DNA of 64,000 bases, taken from the NCBI GenBank assembly GCA_027315315.1, contig DAHUYG010000049.1:17373-81372 (forward strand), given 5' to 3'. Shown piece after piece: positions 48,469 to 58,539 of the stretch (position 1 is the first letter of the stretch; every line of letters begins with the position of its first letter). Source of the DNA: Acidimicrobiaceae bacterium (lineage in GTDB: Bacteria; Actinomycetota; Acidimicrobiia; Acidimicrobiales; RAAP-2). Position numbers and translations under genes: made by a program. The notes under the pieces are model-generated. The model did not search any database. It was not told the origin of the DNA and worked only from the letters and a program-made list of their open reading frames with translations.

Positions 48469-48900
48469 ATGTCCGAAGAGGAGGTCCGCAGCCTGCTCGA
48501 GGAGGCCCGGACCATGACCATGTGCACGTTCAATCACGACGGCACCATCCACGCGGTGGCGATGTGGTACGGGTTCCTCGGGGACGAGGTGGTGGTCCAG
48601 ACCAAGGCGAAGTCCCAGAAGGTGCGCAACCTGCGGCGCGATCCACGGATCACCTGCCTCGTCGAGGACGGGGAGCGCTACGACGAGCTGCGCGGGGTCG
48701 AGCTCGTCGGCCGGGTGGAGTTCGTGGAGGACCCCGACGAGCTGTTCGCGATCGGGGTGAGCGTGTTCGAGCGTCACGTCGCCCCCTACGACGAGCGGCA
48801 CCACCGGGGTCAGGTCGACGCCATGCTGCACAAGCGCGTCGGATTCCGGATCCGCCCCGACCGGGTCGTCAGCTGGGACCACCGGAAGCTGGGGTCCTAG
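48469..48900 (+). CDS. PPOX-class (likely F420-dependent) oxidoreductase
   Basis: MSEEEVRSLLEEARTMTMCTFNHDGTIHAVAMWY......VV.T.AKSQKVRNLRRDPR.T.LVE fits the PNPOx-like split-barrel pattern. ATG at 48469. Confidence 0.8.
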   Translation: MSEEEVRSLLEEARTMTMCTFNHDGTIHAVAMWYGFLGDEVVVQTKAKSQKVRNLRRDPRITCLVEDGERYDELRGVELVGRVEFVEDPDELFAIGVSVFERHVAPYDERHHRGQVDAMLHKRVGFRIRPDRVVSWDHRKLGS

Positions 48901-49071
48901 GGCATCGGGCGACGCGATCGATCGTCGATTGCATCTGACGCCGCGGTAACCCATACTGCTGCGAGCCCAGGGGTGGGGGCCGCGCGACCGGCGGTGCTAG
49001 ACGGCGAGCGCGCTCGAGCGTCGGCGCCCGGGACGGCGCACGCAGGTCGGCGCAGGGTTCTGGAGGGGATA

Positions 49072-49872
49072 TTGAGCGACGCATCCACCGACAGCCTCGT
49101 GCTGAGTGACATCGGGGTGACCTTTGGTGGACTGACGGCGCTGGACGGGGTGTCGCTCTCTGCGGGCTCGGGCGAGATCGTGGGCGTGATCGGCCCCAAC
49201 GGGGCCGGAAAGACCACTCTCTTCAACGTGATCTGCGGGTTCATCAGGCCAGACTCGGGCACGATCAGCTACCGCGGACAGGCCATGGGCCGCCACCAGC
49301 CGCACGTCCTGGCCAAGCTCGGCATCGCACGGACGCTCCAGGGCGTCGGTCTCGTGCCCGGATTGAACGTGGTGGAGAACGTCATGCTGGGCGCCCAGGG
49401 AAAGACGCGCAGCGGGTTCGCCTCGGCGGTCTTCGGCCTGCCCCGGTCGAGCCGAGAGGAGATGCGCCTGCGTGCTCAGGCACTCGAGCTGCTCGGTGAG
49501 CTCGAGATCGCCGAGCACGCCTGGAAGATGCCCACGGCGCTGCCCTACGGCGTCCAGAAGCGGGTCTCGCTCGCGCGCGCCCTGATCGCCGACCCCACGC
49601 TGCTCCTCCTCGACGAGCCGGCCAGCGGGCTCTCGTCCGACGACATGGCCGAGCTCGGACAACTCCTGCGCAGGCTCCGGGACCGGATGGGGGTCCTTCT
49701 CGTCGAGCACCACATGGACCTGGTCATGTCCACGTGCGACCGGATCGTCGTGCTCAACTTCGGCCGGGTCATCGCCTCGGGCGACCCCGACGTCGTGAGG
49801 GCCGACCCGGAGGTCACCCGGGCCTACCTCGGCGAGGAGGTCCGCACGGCCGAGGGTGGCCCGGGTGCTTGA
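49072..49872 (+). CDS. livG: branched-chain amino acid ABC transporter ATP-binding protein (LivG-like)
   Basis: GLTALDGVSL....GEIVGVIGPNGAGKTTLFNVI.G, LLLLDEPASGL. TTG start at 49072 preceded by GGAGG (49062-49066). Confidence 0.85.
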   Translation: MSDASTDSLVLSDIGVTFGGLTALDGVSLSAGSGEIVGVIGPNGAGKTTLFNVICGFIRPDSGTISYRGQAMGRHQPHVLAKLGIARTLQGVGLVPGLNVVENVMLGAQGKTRSGFASAVFGLPRSSREEMRLRAQALELLGELEIAEHAWKMPTALPYGVQKRVSLARALIADPTLLLLDEPASGLSSDDMAELGQLLRRLRDRMGVLLVEHHMDLVMSTCDRIVVLNFGRVIASGDPDVVRADPEVTRAYLGEEVRTAEGGPGA

Positions 49873-50572
49873 GATCTCCGAGCTCTCTGTGTCGTTCGGG
49901 GCCGTGTCGGCGCTGAAGGGCGTCTCCCTCGAGGCCCGCCAGGGTTCGATCACCGCGGTGCTCGGGGCGAACGGGGCGGGCAAGACCACCCTCTTGCGGG
50001 CCATCTCGGGTCTGGTGAAGGCCCAGTCGGGCTCGGTCCGCTTTTCGGATCGTGAGCTGGTCGGCTTGCCGGTCGAACGGATCGTGCGGGCCGGCGTCTC
50101 CCATGTGCCGGAGGGCGGCTCGGTGATCGCCGAGATGACCGTGGCCGAGAACCTCCAGCTCGGTGCGGTCTGGCGTTACGGGCGCCGCGACCGGCTCCGC
50201 AGGATCGCGGAGATCTATGAGATCTTCCCGGCCCTGGCCACGAGGGCGAAGCAGCACGCCTCGACCCTCTCGGGCGGCGAGCGCCAGATGCTCGCGATCG
50301 GCCGGGCGCTCGTCTCGCGGCCATCGCTCCTCCTCTTGGACGAGCCCTCGTTGGGCCTCGCCCCCCTGGTCACGGCCGGGCTCATGGCCGTGCTCGCCGA
50401 TCTCAGCAAGGGCGGCGACATCACGACGCTCCTCGTCGAGCAGAACGCCCGGAGCGCGCTGTCGATCGCATCATGGGCGGTCGTCCTCAACCTCGGCTCG
50501 GTCGTCGTCTCGGACACCGCCGCGGCGATCGCGGACGACGCCGACCTCCGTCATCACTTTCTCGGGTTCTGA
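49856..50572 (+). CDS. livF: branched-chain amino acid ABC transporter ATP-binding protein (LivF-like)
   Basis: GANGAGKTTLLRAISG, LSGGERQMLAIGRAL and LLLLDEPSLGLAP. Confidence 0.9.
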   Translation: MARVLEISELSVSFGAVSALKGVSLEARQGSITAVLGANGAGKTTLLRAISGLVKAQSGSVRFSDRELVGLPVERIVRAGVSHVPEGGSVIAEMTVAENLQLGAVWRYGRRDRLRRIAEIYEIFPALATRAKQHASTLSGGERQMLAIGRALVSRPSLLLLDEPSLGLAPLVTAGLMAVLADLSKGGDITTLLVEQNARSALSIASWAVVLNLGSVVVSDTAAAIADDADLRHHFLGF

Positions 50573-50582
50573 GGGGGCGAAC

Positions 50583-51461
50583 GTGCGGCTGTTCTGGAAC
50601 ATCACGCTCGGGGGCGTCTCGGAGGGACTGATCTTCGCCTCGGTCGCCCTCGGGCTCGTCTTGATCTTCCGGGCGACCAACATCATCAACTTCGCCCAGG
50701 GCGCGATGGCGATGCTCACGACGTTCATCGCCTTCAGCGTCCTCGGCAAGGGCGTCGGCTACTGGCCGGCCTTCGTCGTGGCGCTGGCGTGCGGGCTCGT
50801 GCTGGGCGGCGTCGTCCAGCTGGTGCTGATCAGACCGGTCCAGAACAAGCCACCCCTGAACGCGGTGATCGTGACCTTCGGGCTGCTGATCCTCCTCGAG
50901 GGACTCGCCGGTGCGATCTGGGGCAACTCGAACCGCGGCTTCCCCGCCGCCTTTTCCCAGAGCGGCCTCGTGGTCGGGCACACCTCGATCGCCTTCTCCC
51001 ATTTCGACGTCTTCATCGTCGTGGCGGTCCTCGCGCTCGTCGTGCTCGTGGCCCTCCTGTTCCGGTTCACGACGCTCGGGCTGCGGATGCGGGCGGCGGC
51101 CTTCGCCCCCGAGGCGGCCAGGCTCCTCGGGGTGAGGGTGAGCTGGCTGCTCACCCTCGGCTGGTCGTTCGCAGCGGTGGCCGGGGCGTTGGCCGGCCTC
51201 CTGGTGGCCCCGACCAGCGTGTTCTCGCCGACCTTCATGGACCTGATCCTCGTGTACGCGTTCACCGCGGCGGTGATCGGAGGGCTCGACAGCCCGCTCG
51301 GCGCGGTGATCGGCGGCCTCGTCACCGGCCTGGCGCTCGCATACGTCGGGGGCTATCTCGGGGGAGCCCTGGAGCCCATCGGGGCTCTCGTGATGCTGAT
51401 CGTCGTGCTGATGATCCGCCCCGAGGGCCTCTTCGCCCGGCCCACGGCGAGGAGGGTGTGA
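50583..51461 (+). CDS. livH: branched-chain amino acid ABC transporter permease (LivH-like)
   Basis: GL.FASVALGLVLIFRATNIINFAQGAMAM. About 8 TM helices. GTG start at 50583. Confidence 0.85.
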   Translation: MRLFWNITLGGVSEGLIFASVALGLVLIFRATNIINFAQGAMAMLTTFIAFSVLGKGVGYWPAFVVALACGLVLGGVVQLVLIRPVQNKPPLNAVIVTFGLLILLEGLAGAIWGNSNRGFPAAFSQSGLVVGHTSIAFSHFDVFIVVAVLALVVLVALLFRFTTLGLRMRAAAFAPEAARLLGVRVSWLLTLGWSFAAVAGALAGLLVAPTSVFSPTFMDLILVYAFTAAVIGGLDSPLGAVIGGLVTGLALAYVGGYLGGALEPIGALVMLIVVLMIRPEGLFARPTARRV

Positions 51462-51462
51462 C

Positions 51463-52587
51463 GTGATCAAGCTTCGGCTCCCGGGGTGGGCCCGGCTGCC
51501 ACGCCAGCCCCTGCTCCGCCACCTGCTCTTCGGTGCGGTGGGCGTGGCCTTCTTCTACGTGCTGTCGATCTCGCTCAGCGACTTCAACGACTTCCAGCTC
51601 GGCGAGGTCGGGGTCTACGCGATCGCGATCGCCGGACTGAGCGTGCTCACCGGTGTGAACGGCCAGATCTCCCTCGGACAGGGGGCCTTCCTCGCGGTCG
51701 GGGCGTACACGCTCGGCGAGCTCGAGGTGCACCAGAGCATCAATCTGGTCCTCCAGCTGCTGATCGCGGTGGCCGTGAGCGCGCTCGTCGGGCTCATCAT
51801 CGCGGTGCCTGCGACGCGGTTGCGGGGCCCGTATCTGGCGGGCATGACCCTGCTGCTGGCGCTCGCCCTGCCGTTCCTCTCGGACAAGTACTCGAGCTTC
51901 TTCGGCGGCGACCAGGGCCTGATCACGTTGCCGCCCAACGCGCCGGGTTCGATCGATCCCCAGAGGTGGCTGACCTGGATCCAGCTGTTTTGCGCCTTGT
52001 TGGTCGTCGTGCTGTTGGCGAATGTGCTCTCGAGCCGGTTCGGTCGATCGTTCCGGGCGGTCCGCGACAACGAGGTGGCGGCGTCGCTCGCCGGCGTGCA
52101 CGTGGCCCGGACCAAGGTGATCGCCTTCGTGATCTCGTCGGCCTGTGCCGGCCTCGCGGGTGCGCTCCTCGTCCTGTCTACCGGCGTCGTGAACACCGGT
52201 GAGTTCCCGCTCTCGCTCTCGATCTACCTCCTGGCGGGAATGGTCCTCGGGGGGGCCGGCACCCTGACCGGGGCCTGGTGGGGAGCGATCCTCGTCGTCT
52301 ACCTGCCCAACCAGTGGTCCCAGTCGATCGCCAATGCGTTCCACGCGAACCACCTGGTGGGGGCGAACCTGGCGGTGATCATCTTCGGGGCCGTGCTCAT
52401 TGTCGTCATGCTGGCGGCGCCGGCCGGCGTGCAGGGCGGGCTGCGGTGGCTGGGGCACCGCCTGGTGACGGTCTCGACAGGACCGAAACCGGCCGGTAAC
52501 ATTTCTGTGACGTTACAAGACCAACCAGTATCGAAACAGGACCGTGATGGCCCCGAGTCCGATCGGGCCGCAACCAGCATCGACTGA
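51463..52587 (+). CDS. livM: branched-chain amino acid ABC transporter permease (LivM-like)
   Basis: LTGVNGQISLGQGAFLAVGAY...TRLRGPYLA..TL..A fits the LivM pattern. The GTG lies 2 nt after the livH stop. Confidence 0.85.
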   Translation: MIKLRLPGWARLPRQPLLRHLLFGAVGVAFFYVLSISLSDFNDFQLGEVGVYAIAIAGLSVLTGVNGQISLGQGAFLAVGAYTLGELEVHQSINLVLQLLIAVAVSALVGLIIAVPATRLRGPYLAGMTLLLALALPFLSDKYSSFFGGDQGLITLPPNAPGSIDPQRWLTWIQLFCALLVVVLLANVLSSRFGRSFRAVRDNEVAASLAGVHVARTKVIAFVISSACAGLAGALLVLSTGVVNTGEFPLSLSIYLLAGMVLGGAGTLTGAWWGAILVVYLPNQWSQSIANAFHANHLVGANLAVIIFGAVLIVVMLAAPAGVQGGLRWLGHRLVTVSTGPKPAGNISVTLQDQPVSKQDRDGPESDRAATSID

Positions 52588-52636
52588 TTGGGACCCAGGG
52601 ACCCTGGACCGACACGCCGGGAAAGGACAGCAGGGG

Positions 52637-54031
52637 ATGAGATTGACGTCACGCCGCCGGGCCTTCGGGTGGGCGGGAAGGTCGGCCATCGCGACCACCA
52701 TCCTGGCGATGGTCGCAGCGGGGCTGGGATGGAGCGGTTCGGCCGGGGCAGCACCGACGACGGGGGTCACCTCGAACTCGATCACCATCGGTGCGACCGT
52801 CCCCTTGACGGGTGCCGCAGCGCCCGGGTACGACGAGATCGCTCCGGCGATGAACGCCGTGTTCCAGTGGGTCAACGCCCACGGGGGCGTCTACGGGCGC
52901 AAGATCCACTACGACTACGTCGACGACGGCTACAACCCGTCGAACACGACGACCCAGACCCGCAAGCTGGTGCTCCAGAACCAGATCTTCGCCGACGTCG
53001 GATCGCTCGGCACCCCGACCCAGGCGTCGGTGCAGGCGTTCTTGAACGCTGAGAAGGTGCCGCAGCTGTTCGTCGAGTCGGGATGCAACTGCTGGACGAA
53101 CCCGAAGTACCCGTACACGACCGGATGGCAGCCGCCCTACACGGTCGACGGGAAGATCCTGGGCTTGTACATCAAGCAGCACTTCGCCGGGAAGAAGGTC
53201 GGCTACCTCAGCCAGGACGACGAGTTCGGCCAGGACGTGGTGAAGGGCCTCGACATGGAGATCCCCTCTTCGCAGGTCGTGTCACGCCAGACCTATGACG
53301 TGGCGACGCTGTCCGGTCCGCTGACCACGCAGATGTCCGCCCTCCAGGCCGCCGGCGCGCAGGTGGTCGTCCTCGCGACCGTCCCGGCGGCCACCGCACT
53401 GGCCCTGCTCCCGGCGGCGGAGATCGGCTACAAGCCGCAGTTCGTCATCGACGCGGTCGGGGCCGACCCTCCGACGGTCGGCCCGTTGCTCTCCTCGTTC
53501 ACGAGCCAGGGCGGCGGCAGCAGCTCCCAGGCGAGCGCGGCGGTCGGCCTCCTCGACGGCGCCATCACCAACGCTTACCTGCCGGCCGAGAACGACTCGT
53601 CCAACCCGTGGATCGCGGTCGACCGCAAGCTCCTGCAGAAATACGCGCCGGACATCTGGTCCAAGTACGGGCTCGACGGCAACACCGAGTACGGCTTGGC
53701 CCTCGGCTACACGTTCGTCCAGGCGCTCCAGGCCGCCGGGAAGAACCTGACCCGCCAGGGACTCGTGAACGCGATCGCCCGCTCCGGGAAGAAGTTCGTC
53801 ACCCCGGGTCTCGTCCCGCTGAGCTACACCTCGAACGTCCACTTCGGCTACGAGGGCGACTCGGTGGTGCAGATCTCGCCGAGCGCGACGCCGATCGTCA
53901 CGCCGACCGGTTCGTTCCCCGGTGAGACGACACTGGCCGGGCCCTTCGTCACGAGCCCGGGCAAGGGACCGGTGAAGAAGTACACCGGGAAGGCCTCGCT
54001 GCCACCGCGCGAGCTCTCCTCGACGGCGTAA
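52637..54031 (+). CDS. ABC transporter substrate-binding protein (LivK/Peripla_BP_6-like)
   Basis: Signal sequence (AIATTILAMVAAGLGWSGSAGA), then ITIGATVPLTGAAAPGY. 464 aa from ATG 52637. Confidence 0.85.
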   Translation: MRLTSRRRAFGWAGRSAIATTILAMVAAGLGWSGSAGAAPTTGVTSNSITIGATVPLTGAAAPGYDEIAPAMNAVFQWVNAHGGVYGRKIHYDYVDDGYNPSNTTTQTRKLVLQNQIFADVGSLGTPTQASVQAFLNAEKVPQLFVESGCNCWTNPKYPYTTGWQPPYTVDGKILGLYIKQHFAGKKVGYLSQDDEFGQDVVKGLDMEIPSSQVVSRQTYDVATLSGPLTTQMSALQAAGAQVVVLATVPAATALALLPAAEIGYKPQFVIDAVGADPPTVGPLLSSFTSQGGGSSSQASAAVGLLDGAITNAYLPAENDSSNPWIAVDRKLLQKYAPDIWSKYGLDGNTEYGLALGYTFVQALQAAGKNLTRQGLVNAIARSGKKFVTPGLVPLSYTSNVHFGYEGDSVVQISPSATPIVTPTGSFPGETTLAGPFVTSPGKGPVKKYTGKASLPPRELSSTA

Positions 54032-54055
54032 CGCCCGAAGCGTCAGCCTGACGTC

Positions 54056-54087
54056 GCAGTTGCCGCCGGGGAACCGGCGGCAACTGC
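54056..54087. terminator. bidirectional terminator-like hairpin (14-bp perfect stem, GGAA loop)
   Basis: GCAGTTGCCGCCGG-ggaa-CCGGCGGCAACTGC lies between convergent genes ending at 54031 (+) and 54123 (-). There is no clear U-tract. Confidence 0.6.
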
Positions 54088-54122
54088 GCGTCCGGGCCCG
54101 AACGAGTGGTCCCGCGGGCCGG

Positions 54123-54377
54123 CTACTTCCAGCGGAAGTGCACGAAGACCCGCCCGAAGTTGTGCGAGTCCTTCTCGACGCGCTGGTAGAGCGCCTTGAT
54201 CTCCTTCTGATCGAGGAAGCGCAGGACGTGCTTCTTCAGCTGGCCGGAGCCCTTGCCCGGGATGATCTCCACGAGCGTGGCCTTCTTCGCGACAGCCTCG
54301 TCGATGATGTCCTGGAGCGCGCGGTCGATGTCGTGCCCGTGGTTGTAGATCTCGTGCAGGTCCAGCTTCAGCTTCAT
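54123..54377 (-). CDS. Smr-domain protein
   Basis: 84 aa from ATG 54377. LDLHEIYNHGHDIDRALQDIIDEAVAKKATLVEIIPGKGSGQLKKHVLRFL fits the Smr pattern (LDLHG....A......F......G.....II.GKG.G.L...V..WL). Confidence 0.7.
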   Translation of the reverse strand: MKLKLDLHEIYNHGHDIDRALQDIIDEAVAKKATLVEIIPGKGSGQLKKHVLRFLDQKEIKALYQRVEKDSHNFGRVFVHFRWK

Positions 54378-54487
54378 CGGCCCGGTCGAAGTATGTCCCG
54401 CCGGCGCACCCAGCGTCATGAGAACGATTGCACGCGGTCTTCTCCCTACGTATCGTCTGGCCCGCCGGTGGACGAGAGGGGAGCCCG

Positions 54488-55393
54488 ATGGCGACCGAGA
54501 CGATGTTGGATCAGGCGACCGACCGGAAGTGCTTCATCGACCTCCCCGGCGATCTGCATGACGGGGAGGAGGTCACCGTCCTGCTCAGCCTCCACGGGGG
54601 TGGGTCGCACGGCACGTGGCAGCGCGAGTACTTCCCGGCGTACGACTACGTCGACGAGCTCCGCCTCGTGGTCGCCACGCCGACGGCGATGACCACGGAG
54701 CCGAGCCGGCACTGGGCGGCCGAGGCCGACGACGAACACCTTCGCAACGTGGTCGAGCTCCTCTTCGAGCGCGTTGGGCTCGACAGGGTCCGGGCCTTCT
54801 GGCTCGTCGGCCACTCCCAGGGCGGGATGACCTCGCTCCGGCTGTTGTCGACGGACTACTTCGCCGACCGGGTCGATGGTTGGCTCAGCCTTTCGGGCGG
54901 CCGGATCGGTCCTGCGTCCCGGGCCGAGAACTTCGGTCCGCCGCGCAGCGAGGCCGACCGGGCGGCGATGTCGCAATGGATGGCGCGCCAGCGGGCCGCC
55001 GGCCCGCCCCCGTTCCCCACCGCCGATCTCTCGTTCATCTTCGCCACCGGCGAGCACGAGATCGCATCGCTCCCGGAGACCTCGCCGTGGGCCGAGCGTT
55101 ATGGGGCCGGCCCGAGGGTGCGTCTTCCCGACGTGGTGGACGAGGCGCCGGGCAAGATCCACGACGGACGTTGGGACGACAACGCCACGCTCAGCTGGGG
55201 AAGGAAGCCCCGCCCGGGCACCGCCGAGGTTTACGTGTTCCCCGGGGCCCGCGACGGGCGCGTCATCGCCGATGTGGTCCGCCTCGACAAGGGCCACACC
55301 GAGGGCCTGGAGCCCCGGATCACGCGCGAGCTCTTGCGGATGATCGTCTCGGCGCCGGGCGGCAAGGCACGGGCGGCCTCCCCGCCCGGCTGA
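54488..55393 (+). CDS. alpha/beta hydrolase (esterase / PHB-depolymerase-like)
   Basis: VLLSLHGGG and nucleophile elbow LVGHSQGG. ATG at 54488. Confidence 0.75.
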   Translation: MATETMLDQATDRKCFIDLPGDLHDGEEVTVLLSLHGGGSHGTWQREYFPAYDYVDELRLVVATPTAMTTEPSRHWAAEADDEHLRNVVELLFERVGLDRVRAFWLVGHSQGGMTSLRLLSTDYFADRVDGWLSLSGGRIGPASRAENFGPPRSEADRAAMSQWMARQRAAGPPPFPTADLSFIFATGEHEIASLPETSPWAERYGAGPRVRLPDVVDEAPGKIHDGRWDDNATLSWGRKPRPGTAEVYVFPGARDGRVIADVVRLDKGHTEGLEPRITRELLRMIVSAPGGKARAASPPG

Positions 55394-55396
55394 GGG

Positions 55397-56014
55397 TCAC
55401 TCGGCGCGCTTGGCGGCGGTCGGGTAGTCGCGGGCACGATCGAAAATCGTCCGGAAGAACGAGACGATCCGCGCTCGCTCGTGCCACAGCGGCCCGCCGG
55501 GATCGAGGTTCGTCGGCGCGTGGCGTCGGACCCAGCGACCGGAGCTGAATCGCTCGTCGTGTGCCTCCCTCGAGAGACTTCGGCGGATCGCCGGGATGGC
55601 GTCGTCGAGCTCCCAACGGATCTCCTCGCGCATCACCTCGGCGAGCGCCCGTAGCTCCGGGTCGAAGTCCTGGCCGGTGTTCAGGACCATGCCCGGCACC
55701 CCTCGTGACATTCGCTCGCCTGCGTCGAGGTGGGGCCGTCGCTCCTTCGCGTGCGTCTCCATCGCCGTCGCGACGTCCGAGAGACCCGGCTCCTCGCCGA
55801 GGCCACTGACGACATCGGCCTGCGCGGCTTCCCGAGTGCCGGCCTCCCGGATCAACCGCTTCACGAGGTCGCCGTAGAGGGCCCGATCCTCAACCGACTC
55901 GTGGAGGTGCGTCCCGCTGCCGCGCGTGACATCGATGGCTCCGAGCGTCTCAAGGACTTGTCGGTCCTCGTGCTCGAGCACATCGAGAGCGTTGTGGTGC
56001 GGATTCTTCGACAC
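55397..56014 (-). CDS. hypothetical protein, weak hemerythrin-like pattern; start uncertain
   Basis: The C-terminal ~205 aa of listed ORF 55397..56530 have normal composition (NALDVLEHEDRQVLETL.., LYGDLVKRLIRE..). The upstream part is Pro/Arg-rich. GTG at 56014 is taken as a provisional start. Confidence 0.45.
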   Translation of the reverse strand: MSKNPHHNALDVLEHEDRQVLETLGAIDVTRGSGTHLHESVEDRALYGDLVKRLIREAGTREAAQADVVSGLGEEPGLSDVATAMETHAKERRPHLDAGERMSRGVPGMVLNTGQDFDPELRALAEVMREEIRWELDDAIPAIRRSLSREAHDERFSSGRWVRRHAPTNLDPGGPLWHERARIVSFFRTIFDRARDYPTAAKRAE

Positions 56015-56568
56015 GACTCGCGGATACCCGGCGGCCAGCCCTCCAAACGGGAGTCCCGCGCTGACAAGGTCGTTTCGCTGGTGGACCTGCAGGACGCCCT
56101 CGTCGGTCCGCTTGGGCAGCGGACCGGTCGTCGGGCATGGGGTGGTCGAATGGCCGTCGACCCCCGCCCAGCGCCCTTCCTCAGGCAAGGGAAGAGGGAG
56201 CGCTGGTTCCCCACCATGAGGAGGCGGAGGGCTGCGATGCGTGACATGAAAACGAGGCGCGACGCCGCGAGCGTCCGAGGGACCGCCGTCGGTGATCCCC
56301 CGGCGGTGATCGGATGGCCAATGCCTGGGACGAGGCCGCGTAGGAGGACCTCTTTGCCTGACAGGCCGTCCGCGGGCCGGGTGAGGCCGAGCGGAAATCG
56401 GTCGCTGGCCGGGTCCTGGCGGGCCGGGTTTGGGCGTGACGGGCGCAACCACGGGTTGGCGGATACCCTTGTGCGCTCGGCCGTGGGACCTCGGGATATG
56501 CACCTGTCGGGCGGTCCCGAGAGGCACCATGTGCTTGGCCCTGAGGGCCCGTCCGAGAGGGACGGGCC

Positions 56569-57231
56569 GTGCCGATCCGAACCGGAGTGCGAGTGGAACA
56601 CCTCGTCGTCAGCCAACTGACCCGTCACGGGTATCTCGCTGTCTTCTTCCTCATGGTGCTCGAATCGGCATGCGTCCCCATCCCGAGCGAGGCGGTCATG
56701 CTGCTCGGCGGCGCGCTCGCGGCCGGCATCACCGTCGCAGGCGTGCACAGCCATCTGAATGTGGTGGACGTCGCGCTTATTGGGACCGCCGCGAACGTCG
56801 TTGGTGCGCTCATCGCCTATGCGGTCGGGCGTCTGGGCGGCCGTCCCCTCGTGGAGCGCTGGGGTCGCTACGTCCTGCTGCGCCCCCACGACCTCGACCG
56901 GGCCGAGCGATTCTTCGCGAGGCGCGGACGCTTTGCCGTTCTCATCGGGCGCGTCATCCCGATCGTCCGCACGTTCATCAGCCTCCCCGCGGGGATCGCC
57001 GAGATGCCCGTCGCGCAGTTCACCGTGCTCACCGCCGTGGGCAGCCTCCCCTGGACCTTCGCGTTGGCGCTCGCCGGCTACGAGGTGGCCGGCAGCTGGA
57101 ACTCGGTCTCATCGGCGTTCACGCCGGTGTCGTTCGCGATCGGCGTGCTGGTCGTCGCCGCGATCGCCTGGTGGGTTGTCCGTCGGCTGCGTTCGCGGCG
57201 CACCGAGGCGGGATTCGGCTACGACGCATAG
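56569..57231 (+). CDS. DedA-family membrane protein
   Basis: GYLAVFFLMVLESACVPIPSEAVMLLGG and RFFARRGRFAVLIGRVIPIVRTFISLPAG fit the SNARE_assoc/DedA pattern. Confidence 0.85.
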   Translation: MPIRTGVRVEHLVVSQLTRHGYLAVFFLMVLESACVPIPSEAVMLLGGALAAGITVAGVHSHLNVVDVALIGTAANVVGALIAYAVGRLGGRPLVERWGRYVLLRPHDLDRAERFFARRGRFAVLIGRVIPIVRTFISLPAGIAEMPVAQFTVLTAVGSLPWTFALALAGYEVAGSWNSVSSAFTPVSFAIGVLVVAAIAWWVVRRLRSRRTEAGFGYDA

Positions 57232-57250
57232 GCGGGCAACGGATCTACGA
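57232..57250. repeat. imperfect direct copy of the tRNA-Gly 3'-end sequence (possible distal att remnant)
   Basis: GCGGGCAACGGATCTACGA compared with GCGGGCGACGGGAATCGAAC at 58541-58560: 10/11 identical, then a 2-nt gap, then ATC. The match is weak. It lies immediately after the dedA stop, where decayed DNA begins. Confidence 0.3.
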
Positions 57251-57669
57251 CGACGACCGCGACTTCGTTGCGCAAGTTGCCTGGATGCCTGCCCCGACAT
57301 TGGGAACGCGGCGCGGACGGGCAACGTGGCTGCGGACCCGGTTGCGTGTTCGGCCCGAGGCGCTGAGAACGCGGACCCCCGAAGGGCACGTGGGGGGCAC
57401 GCCGGTCAGCAGCTGCGCCGCCTCGTAGCTCGCTCCCGCAACCACTGCCTCGATCGAAGCCTCGAGCTGCACTGCGGTCCACCGGCCAGGCCGTCCCATT
57501 GGACACCTCCAGTTCAGGAGATGTCGCGGTCACCCCTTGAGGCCAAGCCCCTTTTTGCTGTCGCGTGTGGCACGAAATGACCTCAGACGCAGCGTGTCTA
57601 GGTGCCCGCTGGACCTATGCCGGGAGCCACGGCGAATTGACCGCTTGAGCCAGCCCTGCCAGCGAACCG

Positions 57670-58257
57670 TCAGCTCTTGGGGACCTTCCAACCTGTCTCG
57701 ATCGCCCATCGTTCAGCGAGGGCGATAAGAACATCGGTCGGTGGATCCTTGACCGCTCCATAATCCGAGAGTGTCCGCGTCGCCTTACCAAAACAAGCAC
57801 GGTCTTGAATCGAGCCCATGCGCCTCGAACCTCGTTGTTGGACCTCAGGAAATTTCAGAACAGCAAGGCATAGCGCTCGTTTGGGGACCCCTTGAGCCGT
57901 ACATACACATCGGCCGAAATCCGCTCGGGGGGTGCGAATACCAACTTCGACCATGCTTCCGGTTTCCCGATCCACCCCGCGGGGATGTGGTCTCGCATAT
58001 TCCACGGGTCCGTCCTCTGTGCGAACCCCAAGGGATCGAGCGCGCGAACGATGCGACCACTGTCGAGCTCAGGCACCGCGACCTGAACGTCGATCACGTC
58101 TTTGGCCCAAAGTCCGGGGACCGACGTCGATCCGATGTGGTCAATCCGTACGGCGAATCCGTCCATCGCTGCGCCGGAGTAGCTCAGCGAGTGCCTCGAA
58201 GTCTGCAGCCCATTCGGGACGCCACTCACTCAGATCCACCTGTTGGTCAGCGTCCAC
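57670..58257 (-). pseudogene. GrpB-family protein pseudogene (two frameshifts + one in-frame TGA)
   Basis: The N-terminal piece VDLSEWRPEWAADFEALAELLRR is in one frame. The core RIDHIGSTSVPGLWAKDVIDVQV...YVRLKGSPNERYALLF is in listed ORF 57855..58229 and ends at a TGA where GrpB proteins have R (LLF-R-NFLR..). The tail LSDYGAVKDPPTDVLIALAERWA is in a third frame. Confidence 0.7.
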
Positions 58258-58539
58258 TCCCTCATTGTGCTCGACGGCGAGGTCCGATGGGTCAAGCTGA
58301 AAGGTGCCCCGTCCTTCTCGCTGCCGGTTAGGGGCGACGACGCCGTCTCGAGACGTCGCGCCATTGGGTCAGCTCGGAATCGCAGCGACAGGGAGCAGAT
58401 CTCACGTCCGTTCTCAGTTTCTGTAGCTAAGAACGCGCCTCTCTCTGTGGCACGTGGGTGGCACGACAGCCGTTGCGCGCGAACCAACCCTCAAGCGATA
58501 CGCCGCAGATCCCTGGTTTGACCTGCGATGTTTGCCGAG

